Assembly (NCBI RefSeq): GCF_902459465.1
Contig: NC_047063.1
Span: 8,246,001 to 8,310,000 of the forward strand
Source: Asterias rubens
Taxonomy: Eukaryota
DNA length: 64,000 nucleotides
Direction: 5' to 3'
The translations under genes and the position numbers were made by a program. The notes beneath the pieces were generated by a model, which worked only from the letters and a program-made list of their open reading frames with translations, had not been told where the DNA came from and did not search any database. Position 1 is the first letter of the stretch, and every line of letters begins with the position of its first letter. Positions 22,303 to 34,301 of the stretch are shown piece by piece.

Positions 22303-25300
22303 CTAATAAGTCTTGATTTTTCTGATCTTGCTTTGTTGTAGTCGAAGTGCGTTGCTGATCTCGGCCATCGCGGCTGATGAAGAGTTACTCAGGCATCGTT
22401 TCTTCTCTTGCTGTCTGCTCACTTTACTCCCAAAACTCATCTATGAGAAATGAGTAACATAAATTCAGTTAAAGGTAATGTTGTCAATGGGAGACTTTTG
22501 GGAACACAGTAAGAAAGTGTACAAAAGAGCCCAATTTTGTAACTTAAGCACAAAAACAGAATTATAATTATCAGAATAAGAATAGCAGCCAAACTACCAT
22601 GTCACATGTACAATTTTTGATTGGTATCCTGCTATTTTTTTGCTTAGCAGAAAAATGTTAAGCAATATTTTCTGCTTTTGGCCTTGTTTAGGCAAGATGA
22701 TGAAGAAAATGACACGGGAGGTATCCGTGTCTTATATGCAATCTGTTCCAGCTAAGCCAGCATCTTACTTGCTTAGCAATTTTCTCTGTGCTTACCAGCT
22801 TTAAAGAATTGTGTCAAATGTAACTTACGGAAAGTGGCTTGCGGGTAACCACCGTCTCATCACTGCTCTCATCATCATGTATTATCTGGATGTAAGGAGT
22901 ACTGCAGATATCTGAGCCTCTTGTAGGTACAACTTGTTCCTCAAAGACATCCCTATGGGATTGTTGCTTCGAACTGGACTTCTGAAACCCTGATGACAGA
23001 TTTATTGAATGTACTAATGTTACAGTAAAATACACGATAAAACAATTATTCCCCTCTGCCCATTCTTTGCTTTTGTAAATTTGGACTTGGAAGGTAATTT
23101 TAAAAAGTCTTGATAAAGATACTTACAAGGTGAATCGGGCAGTTTCAATGAGAATATCATGTCTTCAGAGCTGTCTTCGTGATCCGAGTAAGATGGCATA
23201 GTGTCTAGACTCACTGCTGATGGCTGCTTAGCTGGATTCATTGAGGTTACTCCTAAACAGATACAGAAGAGAAAGACTGGTTTACTTGGCTAAGTGGTTT
23301 CTTTCCTCATCTTCCAAATCTTGGACCCTAGTTTGAACCCTGCCCTGGGCACTATGTTTTCCCTGGAAAAATACACCTTTAACTAAAACTTCACTCCTTG
23401 TTCTTTCTCCAAATTTTGGTTATTTTAGTGATTAAGTTCTGAGAATTCACAACTAGAATTCACAACTAGAATTAGTATGCTGGTCTCAGTACTTTAAGGT
23501 TTATTCTGATGGGAAACTACTTAACTGACCCCTCTTTCAAAATAAATCTATTCCAATTTTGAAAAACCATAATTCTGCATGTGAGATGTTTATAAACAAG
23601 ATGACTCCAACCTACCTTTGATGGTTTGTTTGGATGCTTGTTTGTTTTTTCTTTGCACCTGCTTCCTTCTGACTGGTTTTGAAGCTGGCTGATGGATAGT
23701 CACCACTTCCATCTCAGATTCATCTCGAGAAACCAACCCCTGTCTCAAGTCTTCAGCCCAAGTGCTCTGAATCTCAGCTACAGAGCTACTTTTGCATTGC
23801 ATTTCCTTTGATTTCTTATTCGTCTGATTCTGTCGACTCTTCACTAACTTTTCTTTCGGGGCTTTGATGGAGCTGGCACTCAGACTCTTTGCACTGGTAA
23901 CTCTCTTCTGTGAATAGATGTTATCATTCTGCGACACCTTTGTGGAAGCCTTTCGCTGACTCCTGCTGTTCTGCCTTTCCTGTGGGTTTTTCTCCTTTGG
24001 TGCTTTTCTCTTTCTCACCACTGGAAGAGTTTTTTGAGGAGGTTCAATAAACTCATAAACATCTTCCTCTTTCAACCAGTGGCAGGCCTCTGGGTCCTGG
24101 AGAGGCTTTGTAGTGTTGACTTCAGAGACTGTTTGACTGTTTCTTGTCTTGATACGTGGTTGAGTTTCTGGCTTCTTCTTCATCTGGTTAGCTGTGTCAG
24201 GATTAGGCTTCTTAGCTTTGACTCTTGCTGACTGCCTCTTGGACTTTACTGCAACCTGGTATGGCTTCCTAACTTTCTTCTTTCTTGTAGGAGCTTGAAG
24301 GACTGGTGCCTCATTACCCTGATTGGTTTGTTGTTCTTGTGTGGGAAGAACAGCTTCTTGAGGCTTCATCACTTGGGGAGCGACAGCAGCAATTGGTGAT
24401 GGCCTCACCTTGTTCGCATTCCACCGTCCAGATGTGGTGGCTGAACTTGTCGGAGACATCAAATGAGGTACAGCTTCATGTTGCTGTTGAAAGTGGAATC
24501 CAGATGGTCTACCATCTGGGCCAAGATTGCCACCTCCTTGATTTGAAATTGGCAACCTAGGTTGAGTCACAGCTGGTTGGTTGTAGGTGTAAGGAAGACC
24601 ACACTGTGGGTAAGACTCTCTGTTTTGGAGACTTGGCTGTGCTGGCCATGGTGGAAGCCTGACATTGCTACCATGGTTGAGGGTTGGTTCAACCATCTGA
24701 CGAGTAGCGCCACCAATCAGATGATAGCTTGGATGAATCTGATTGATCATACTCTCTTGATGTCTGCTTCCTGACTGAATCTGACATCCGCTCTGCTCAT
24801 ACTGAGCCACGGCTTGCCAGGAGCGTGGTCGATTGTCGCCGTCCATAATCGGTGCTGCCATTAACCTTTGACCTGACTGCAGACCTCGGACCCTCTTGTC
24901 GATGACCTCTGATGACCCGGCTTCATTATGGAGACTTCTCTGATGTTGATCCTGTTGAAGCTGTTGGATCTGTGTCTTGCAGAAAGCCTGTTGTTCCTCT
25001 TGCATCTTGTCAATGTGTTCTCTGTTTATCTTTTGTTGTTCTGTGTACACCTCCATGAGAGAGTGTACGACACGCTCGTCACGCTCTTTCTTGGCAGTTT
25101 CCAGTTGCATCTCAAGAACCTCAATCTTGGCATCTTTCTGTGGAATTTGCAAATATTCCTCTATAAAATATCATTCAATAAAATTTAAATCAACAATATC
25201 TCAAATGTAAGGCTGAAGATCAATCATATTATGAAAAATAATTTACTGCATCAGTTTGCATCTTGTTATTATTAATCGTAAAGATTTGAGATGCTCCAAA

Positions 25301-28153
25301 TAGTCGCAATGTTTTATAGTTGACAGGAATTACTAAGGATATAAATACGCTGACATACTATCTGGAAACTTCAATCAAAATCAAATCTCAATATAATAAA
25401 TCTGACCTTCAACATTATAAAGGGAGAAAATGAAATATAAAATATTAGTTTGATAGTGTCTTACAGCAGCAATGTTTTGAAGCAGGTCTGTAAGTGTGGC
25501 CTGCTGGTCTTCTGTGATCTTCATTGCACCCAATAACTTCACATGGTAACTTTTCAGATCTTCATTTACTGAGAAAAAAAGACATAAACAAGTCGGAACA
25601 TGAATAAGAATTTTTGTTAATATTAATATTTTCAACTCCCATAATAAGCCATAAACCTTTTAGTCTGTATTCATTAGGAAATTGTTGACTCGAATGAGCT
25701 TGATATGGTATACATTCGAATTCAGAAGTTCTACAAAATATCACTTCATGCATTCGTTTTGACATTTTGATAATAATATTTTCAGTAAAAATATTGTAAG
25801 TAAGTACAAGATTCTAACATCAAGTGGGGTATACAAGAAACGACTTAGGTACTATACAGCATTCAATTGAAGATTATATAACAAACAGTTTTATTATGCA
25901 CAACATTGCTATAAATAACCTATCATGCTATTCCTGTCGCAGAAAGGTGCAGGGCCATATAGATTAGGCTAGACAATAATTATATCTTATCAACAATGTT
26001 CACAGGTGAAACCTAATACCCAACCTACTTTTCTGAATAAGATCGCCGAACTGACTGGCTGTATCGGAGATATTTTTATCAACATTCTTTCTGATGTCCG
26101 TAGCAGCGGATCTGACTTCCTCAGTGCAATCTTTGACAAGCGTAACAAAGGTGTTTATCAGGTCCCTGGACGAAAGGGAAGAAGAAAATGGGACAATGTC
26201 AAGGAAGACACAATATTGATTCTTTAAAATGTCACTGCGATGTTATTCTTGTCTTTAGAACGACAGATGGAAAAGGTTAGCGAGGATTGACCTGAATAGA
26301 TTCATAACGATTGAGATCTGAGAGGAATACAGGAATGAAACAAAAAATGATTCAATGAAACATTTCTTCAATTTGAAAAGGAAACGTGTCAACATATTTA
26401 TGAACAGGAAATAACAAGACAGATGTGAAGTCTTGCCAAAACTTAAGAAATGATGAAAGTATAATAATATAACACATAATTTGCATAAAAAAGTGCAATG
26501 AACTGATATTTTATCAGTAGGATTTTAAACTTTGCATGGAGGGGGTATAATCAGATGATGTTTGAGTTGCACCATGTATAAATCTATTTTGAGTAGTGTT
26601 GGTTCTGAAATAGAACAAGTGGTTGACAACTCAATGTTTTGACCAGTATGCTGTGATCATCTTCAGGATGCTGCTGGACTCTGTTGCTGAATGCCGCTTA
26701 AGTACTGCCTTGGAGATTAACTGGTAGTTGGAATTGGCTCAATAAGCCTTTTTGAGGTATGGCGGACCCAATGCTACAACACTGTAAAGTTGTGGTAAAT
26801 TTGTGCGTATTGACCATAGAAATAGAACGTATGTTATTCAGTGAAGTGCGCATTTTAGGCGACGCAGCATTTACACGTAAACCTAATGACCACCAACATA
26901 GTGAGCGTGGCATCAGTCGCGGCGTGTGATGCGCGCGTATCACGTCCGCCATACCTTAAAAAGGCTTATGCTGCTCGAACTAGGGAAGGAGTTGAGGTTA
27001 GCTCGAAAAAGCATGCAGGCTGAAGCTGCGACTGAAACCTAAACTGAAACCCTCTTGGAATGTGTGCTCACTGAACTGAATCAGTGGGTGACAAACACAG
27101 GGAAGGAGAGTTGGGAACCTAGAGGAGACTGAGGTATTGATGACCCAAAACTAAGGATATTTCATCATTCTTGCATAGGCGAGAGAAAAAAGGATAATCC
27201 TAACAGAATTGTATGTCTCAGTACCTGTCATCTCTTTCCTTTGCTTTCTGTTTATTATTCTCTAATCGCTCTTGGAAACTTCTTTTTCTTGGCTGAATAT
27301 TTCTGTCAGATTCTTTGTTGAAGAGCGGTGCCTTGGACATGTACTTCATGTAGAACTTTTGTGGGTTGTTTGCACTCTGTTGGAAAAAAAGGATTTTGTT
27401 TTATCTACTTATACTTTCTGCCATGGAAGAGCTACTTTTATCCGGGTTGTTCATTTTGATCTTCAAGTTTAAAAATGAAACCCTTTTTTGAAATTGTCTA
27501 AAAGATAAAAAGTGTCTTTAAATAGATTCAAATGATCTTTTGTTATCTAGAGAAAGGATAAAAGTAGGAAATACATTGTTGCAATTAGAATTATGGCAAT
27601 GCTTTTACTTAAAGGTAGGATCAACGTTTAGCAGTGCTATGAAATTGAAACCGTACAGTAAGCACGAAATTGGCCGCTAAGCAGCTCTATGTAGTCGGGC
27701 CCAGATAAACAGTTGCCTGATAGTACCTCTGTCTGCTGTGAAACACCCTGCGACATCATCATCTGTGAGAACATGTCGAAGGAACTGGATTGTGAATTCT
27801 CCATCTGGGAATTGATCTGAGAGTTACTTTGACTCAGAGTCTGACTGGAATTAAAAGCTGAATCCTCTTGGTCACTTCTGAACCCAGATCGCTGCAGAAA
27901 CTGACTTTAAAGCAAAAATATACAAACAAAATTAAAAATCAAATAATGAATGGTCATTGTGGTCCAGTGTAAGGACTGTAGTGATTAAATTACTTCACAT
28001 AAAAATGGCATTACAGGAAAGAAGGCCTACATTATAAATCTGGTTTTAAATTTATTCCCTGTTAAAAAAAGAAAGGTTTAAGAAAAACAGTATTAGTACT
28101 CACGCTGGATTGGTGCTGTAGAGCTCCTTGGCACTTAGTTGATTGTTAAACAT
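22303..28153 (-). CDS. IHO1: Interactor of HORMAD1 (IHO1/CCDC36, Mer2 family) meiotic DSB factor, 855 aa model
   Basis: Coding exons 28153-28104, 27904-27727, 27376-27225, 26165-26029, 25568-25465, 25137-23616, 23252-23127, 22989-22829 and 22440-22303 (2568 nt, all GT-AG, phases consistent). N-terminus MFNNQLSAKELYS, an S/Q-rich stretch, then KFYMKYMSKAPLF...FQERLENNKQKAKERDD, which resembles vertebrate IHO1 SIFTKYQTKPQLF...LEQFEEKKKRAKDKCD (recalled). A coiled coil and a long disordered tail follow. Lies head-to-head with C3orf84. Confidence 0.85.
26745..26966. mobile_element. MITE family A copy in an IHO1 intron
   Basis: Same TIRs and internal sequence as 2017-2243, in the opposite orientation, flanked by TA. 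Confidence 0.85.
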
Positions 28154-28619
28154 ATTTGACTTTGATGTTAGTCACTTTGTTTGGACTTGGAGACTGTCTT
28201 TACAAATCTGAAGAAAAATAATCCAAACTTTAAATTTAATAAATAAAACATCTCAAAATCAAATCAATACAACGGTGTGTATCAATTTTCTAACTAAGCC
28301 TTCCGTCACTCGTCAGCATACCCCATTTTTAGAAACAAAATTTCGAGTTGTTTATTGGTTAAATACCTGACAAAAGAGTGGCAAAAAGACGTTTCAACAA
28401 ATCACCGAACAAGTTTCTGACCCGCCGAATCACAATGCATTTTGCAGTCCGGCTCGGCTGCACACTTTGACTTTCGCGGAGCAGACGACATTTTTCAAAT
28501 CAATCAAAACACTTTTCAACATTTTGTTTTTCAATAAGAACTCAGAGTAATTGTTGAACGCAGTTAAGTTTCTCAAACAAACACTATAATTGTAAGATGC
28601 TTCACAAGTTATTATCAAT

Positions 28620-29075
28620 ATTCACACACACATTTTAAGGAAAAAGGCGCAATTTAGTATCCTGTTTTCCCTTACGACAAAATTTTCTCTTTTGCGCTGC
28701 CGCCATCTTGGATTTAAATCCCCAAACTTTTCAATACCTACTGCGCATGAGCAAAACACTACGCAACGTCACGCCTACTTTTGTGTCATGCAATCTGATT
28801 GGCGCTTGCGCCTTTGCTGTTGAATATTCATACAGGCACTGGCGACGGCCAGTTTACTTCCGCAAACAACATTGGCAGCCCCTGGAAACGACCTTTGGGC
28901 TAGCGGCAGTAACAATTTTCGATGTCAAATAAACCAAACTTGTGCCGCAAACTTTCGTAAACTAATGACTTCCATATGCTTTAGAGTATTTACTGAAGAC
29001 ATGTTGGTGAAATAAGGTTGTTACTTTCACAAGATATAAGATTATTTTGGCGTTAGAAATCGCCATAAGCAAGGA
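28620..29075. promoter_or_regulatory. Bidirectional CpG-rich promoter shared by IHO1 (-) and CIMIP7 (+), including the probable non-coding first exon of IHO1 (about 28730-28676)
   Basis: CpG-rich segment with a YY1 motif (GCCGCCATCTTGG, 28699-28711), an NRF1-like TGCGCATGAG (28742), a CRE half-site ACGTCA (28766), ATTGG (28798) and an ETS site ACTTCCG (28856). Minus-strand donor GTAAGG at 28675. Confidence 0.7.
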
Positions 29076-32000
29076 TGTCGAAGACGAAGACGAAGACTGC
29101 GCACTTTACACAAGGGAGTTGGGTAAGTGAAGTTTGTATATAGTATAATAATTAATACACGTGTGAGTGTGACTATTTATTACATTTGATTTGAGATTTC
29201 TTGTTCATGTGTAATTATTCTCAACAGATAAGGTAAAGTAAAAACTGTTTTTTAGTTTGTTCAAGTAATTACCATTATTATTATCAATGACCAAATTATA
29301 ATTATAATAATATGACTATTTGAGCATGAATTATATCTTTTTTTTTACAAAAAAAAACATTTTTGTTTTTGTTTATTTTAGATTTGACAATTTTGCTAAT
29401 CTTTTATTTTCAATTATTCATTTTGGGAAAAACATACTTCTCAGTGAGTAAAACATTTTGGGCGCAGAAATCAGAAGATGAAAAAAAGAAAGATTTCAAA
29501 AACATTGAAGCTAAACTTTTTATTAAATTATTATCAGCTAAATCATGATGAAGTAGCTTATTATACCGTACTTAATACCAATGTAAAAAATATTAGGCAA
29601 AAATGTGATATTTTTGTAATGGAAAGCACTGAAACAGTAATTCACTTTGTGCTAATTTGTCAAATTTTTTATTCCTTGCAGTTCCCTTCAGGCTATTACG
29701 GTCATTTCCGGAGTAAATCTAGGAATGATTTCGTGAATGAGTATCGACAGCAAGCGAAACCCTCGCCTCCAGAAAAATTCACCAGGAAACTAACGGTAAG
29801 GATATGAAACAATATCTCTCCAATAATAAGATAAAAATGGATTATATTCTATCCATTGAAGATGAAGATTAGGGTTACATTTTCCAAGATTAGGTTTTTC
29901 CAATACATGTATCATGTTCTGACTTGTGCAAAACGAGCAAATGTTTTGAGAGAATGTTATTGATTGATATTATTGATCTTCCATTGCTGAAAAAGACTTA
30001 CTTTTGTTAGGAGCATGTAGTCGTCAGGGACACACAATTAAAACATATTGATTCACATGGACAACAAATCCTCCACTGGAAAATCTGACGTACTCTGAGT
30101 TTAGTCACTATGTTCACTCTGTCTGAACTCCGTTCTTTTTAAGAAATTACAAGAGCATAACAGTTGGATATAGTTCAGAATAAAACATATTTTGTTATAG
30201 GGGGGCCTAACAGAGTGCATTTATAATGCACCATATTTGTCATAAATAGACAATCCTGGTGCAGAGTTATCAATTTAGTTGAGCATGATGAGAATTATTT
30301 TATGAAATAAAATAACCCTCGATACATGGTGAGTTGGCGCACATTTTGCCTGACCATTCCGGAAACAAACCCCTTCTCTTTATCATTATGATAATTATAC
30401 TGTTGGGTTCTTTTACATGCATTACTAAACGAAAGATGAACCAGTAATGGTTAAGTGTCTTGCTTAAGTGTCAAGACTCGAACCCACACTCTGCTGATCA
30501 GAAACACCAGAGCTGGATTCCGGTGTGCTTTATTGTTATCGGCCACGACACACCACTAAAGTATCCAATTTATCATAAACTTTGTTAAAATGATTTGTTG
30601 CTTGGCAACTTTTTGTTCAAATATATAAATGTATCCTATAATCAGAGAGTCGTGATATGTCAGCATAGTGTTTATTCAATCAAATCAATGCAGAACGGTC
30701 ACCATCAGATCACAGTGCGGACTTTGTACAACTTGATCTGAAAACCCTATCCTTCCACTGTACACACACAAAGTAAATATTTGTGCAACTCCTATCCAAC
30801 ATGTGCAATGGGTCATTGAATAAATGAATGCTCCTTTAGTCATGCTTAGGTAACAAAGTACATCGCTATTTTATTTGTTGTATTGAATACCATGGACGCT
30901 AAATCTAAAGTACATAAACGATAGGATCGTGTTTGCAAGAAAAACACATTTTTATTTACTTATTGTACACATAGAGATAGAGAAAGTGATTCTAGTTATA
31001 TAATTCAAGTATTGTGTTTAAATATTTGACCACATTGTTTTTGTTATTTCTCCTACTTCAGGCGCGTCCAACTTTACACCACTTTTCTCACCATGACAAC
31101 CGGTTTTCATTCCTGAACACTGTAACATCCTTCCAAGATGTAAGTTCAAAAGTTGTTTACTCGTGGAGGTTAAAGGCCAACTTGATTAAAATCACTCAAC
31201 TTAATTTGACTATTTATCCTTGTTTATCTTTTGCGGCCTTGAAAATAACCCCTGGCACCCACAGCAATTGCTGTGGTGCCTTGTGTATTTGCTGTGGTGT
31301 TATTTGCAAATTTCCAATTCAAACGCAATTTTTTGTGTACATAGAAGTGCCCCTGAAAAAAATTAGCGGTGTCCCTACTTTGATATTTGAACTAGTGTTT
31401 ATATCCCTGTAGGTTTTTCATCAATGACCCATAAATGAAAAGTGAAATCAACACCAGTGCCTCAGAAAACCAGTCCAAGTTATGATGTAACATATGTCGC
31501 AGCACAGACTGAAGGGATATACATTTTCCATTGTCCTTTTTTGTTCAAGTCCATTATAAGATTCCAGAGTGCTGTTTTTTTTCCAAGCAGCATATAGGGG
31601 CTGTTGCCGAAACTCAGCATTTTTGCCCAGCACAACCTCCATCTTTTAATAGTTGGATCCGAAAGTTTTTTTTTTTAAATTTATTTGTTTATATACATTT
31701 TGTTTTCACGATAGGGTCTTGGCAAGAAAAAGGTTCAACATCAGAGGACGGGCAAGTTTACACCAGACTTCATTTCATGGGTTCCTCACAAAAGAGAAAT
31801 AAGAGAAGCCGGTCCAGTTTCATCAGTATACAGAGAAACGTACAGAAACTCAGACAAGAGCAGAGTTCCTCAAGTCCTGGTTCCAACAGTCAGCAAACCC
31901 CCGAAGCAGCTCTCCGCTTCAGCACCTGCATTTCTCCCAACGCCGTATTCAGATCCAGCCGACATGGTTCAAGAGAATCCGGTTACATCCTACCAGATTT

Positions 32001-32536
32001 CTCACAGGCATTTGCAGCCGAATCCAACTGTACACACGAACATGAATACAGGCAGAGTGGAAGAGGATCCGGTCCCCCTCCAGAAAACTCACGTTTACAT
32101 CAACCCTAAGATAGATTCGATTTATGACCGACCCAAACAGCGTGGATCGTTAACCTCGCTGAGGAGAGCTAGAACTGGTTCAGCTCCGTTATTCCGATCG
32201 AGCGTGGCAGATTGTATGAGGTGGCATGTGCCACATGAACCCACCCCTCCACGACCTAAAACTGTTACAGGGACCTTTCCAGAGGTCAGGGGTGCTGAGA
32301 CAGGTTCGCTGGAGGAGATCCGACAACCCATGCCACCACAGACATTAGGTAAAGGTACCGTTTGTCCAACCACTGCATGGACCACACCAAGCCAATCTAA
32401 GCCAGAACAGTCCAGAATGGATGCAAGTGTTGACACCAGACCAATGGGTCAAACCCATAATGGTCAAATGTCAGGAATGGACACAAGTTATTCTAGTTCA
32501 CCGTCAGCTTCAGCAGATGTTCCAATGGCGGAATGA
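29075..32536 (+). CDS. CIMIP7: Ciliary microtubule inner protein 7 (C3orf84 orthologue), 353 aa
   Basis: Exons 29075-29122 (MSKTKTKTAHFTQGSW), 29682-29795 (FPSGYYGHFRS...PSPPEKF), 31062-31139 (HHFSHHDNRFSF) and 31715-32536 (GLGKKK...SVADCMRW...). All junctions are phase 0. Matches recalled human C3orf84 motifs GSWHNNGFYGHYRS, HFFSKHDNRTSF, GIGRRKD and GVSECLNW. Confidence 0.9.
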
Positions 32537-33118
32537 GAGGACTTAGAAAAATCAGTCTGGAATCTTCCTAAATGTGATAGAGCGGTGCTTGCTGAATTAA
32601 AATGTCTCTAAACCGTCAGAAGAAACAATGGTTTTCAGCAGAGATAAATCTATGTTTAGTTTGGAGAAAGAACACTCTTTGATTTTGAAGTAAACAAAGA
32701 AGAATTGACTAAAGCGGGATTGGTACCTGTGACCTCCACACTAAGGTGCCAGCACTCTCAGGTGGAAAGCTATCTAGCCCTGATGTTGGCGGTCCCCCCT
32801 ATTTTGTCAATATCTTTGTTCATGGGTGCCATTCGAGCCAATCCGACTAGCACCCCTGAACAAAGATTAATTATTATTGTTTACTGTTGGGGTGTAGCTT
32901 TTAACTTCAACCCTTTTGGTATAAAAACTTGTATAAGATGTCATAGCTTCTATGAACTGGCATTTTTTTTCCGCAGGGAAAAATAATACCCTGGGTATTG
33001 ATACAAACATAACTTTTTGCGAAAGTTTGTCACATTCCGGTTTTCTTGTAAGAGTCAACGCCATTTCAAATTTTGTCAAAGTTGGTACTTTTGATACTGC
33101 AGGATCCCTTTTGTTTAA

Positions 33119-33728
33119 AGTCACCTGGAAATAGAATTTTTATTTTTTCAAACATAAGAGTATAATATGTTTAGTAACAATAAAACAATTTTGTTTAGCA
33201 ATTGTTTGTAACGATTTATATGTTTAAAAAATAGATAAAGTTGTTTGGGGGGTTGACTCCGCCTACCCCTTTTGAGACATCAATCGAGGCAGACTTTGCC
33301 TTGATGCGTAGAGTAAACACATTGCAAAGTACATTCAAGTCCAAGTCGTGAGTTTGTACGTTTCAACAAAAAAAAATTCTTGCATTTTTCCCAACAATGC
33401 TGACCAAGTGTATTGCTGCTGGATGCAGCAAAACAACTTAAGATGGGGTCAGTCTGCATGGCTGGTCAGACTCACAAGAGCAATAGTGCCTAGTGGTCCC
33501 ATCCGATGTTCTTTTCAGCGCTGTGCAGCATTTTCTCTTCCAAAGTCGCGCCTCGATTGACGTCACGAACAGCGCCCTCTCGGGTCAGGGCCTACTCTTA
33601 AATTTGTAAATAAGATAAGAACTAATTTTTTAGAACCTTAGTTAACTGTTTATTCACATTTCACTCATCAAAACACATATATTAGTGACAAAAGCTTTAT
33701 TTTGACAAAATACCACTTCCAGGTGATT
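33119..33728. mobile_element. TTAA-flanked MITE family B (AGTCACCTGGAA TIR)
   Basis: TTAA at 33115-33118 and 33729-33732. Second copy at 46157-46731. Confidence 0.85.
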
Positions 33729-34209
33729 TTAAAGATTACTGTGACTTTTGTAAAAGCAACTGAAATTGGCTAACTGTAACATTTATATAGTGTGTCTGAA
33801 ATATCCTGCTTCATCTGTTATGATGCAATTCAAAATGTATTTTTTTAGGGTAAATTGTTGCATATTCCTGCCCCTGATCTTAAGAAATTGTACAAATCAT
33901 CAGTCAAATATGATAATGAGGCTGAAAATACATGAATCAGATTTTAACAAAATATTTTGTAAACAATATTTTTACTGATCATGATTATGAAATTCTATTC
34001 AGAAGCACACAGGTCTTAAATATATTTAAAACCCAACTATTTTGGTACGGGGTAGTATTTTTTAAGTGGGATGATATAGCATTCAACATTCAGTTTAATG
34101 TATATTTTTGTATGAAATGGAGTTTCCTCCAATTTAAAATTAGCACTCATATACATCCAATTTACATGTATTGTAAGCCGATTGGCCATGAAGTTGAGGT
34201 ACACTAACA

Positions 34210-34301
34210 CTTTTCAACTTAGCATAACTAAAAGCATTGGTTTCAACTTAGCATAAATAAAAGCACTGGTTTCAACTTAGCATAACTAAAAACATTGGTT
34301 T
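34210..34301 (+). repeat. Minisatellite, 3 x about 29 bp
   Basis: TTTCAACTTAGCATAACTAAAAGCATTGG repeated three times. Confidence 0.85.

Noticed and set aside
23590-25152. 520-aa single-exon ORF as a stand-alone gene
   Set aside because: It is the large internal exon of IHO1. Phase logic places the acceptor at CAG 25140-25138 and the donor at 23615; the TAG at 25163-25161 gives the wrong phase.
24034-25210. Plus-strand ORFs opposite the IHO1 exon
   Set aside because: Antisense shadows of a coding exon; no splice or homology support.
31531-32109. 192-aa ORF, and the 104-aa minus ORF at 32122-32436
   Set aside because: Alternative-frame and antisense shadows of CIMIP7 exon 4.
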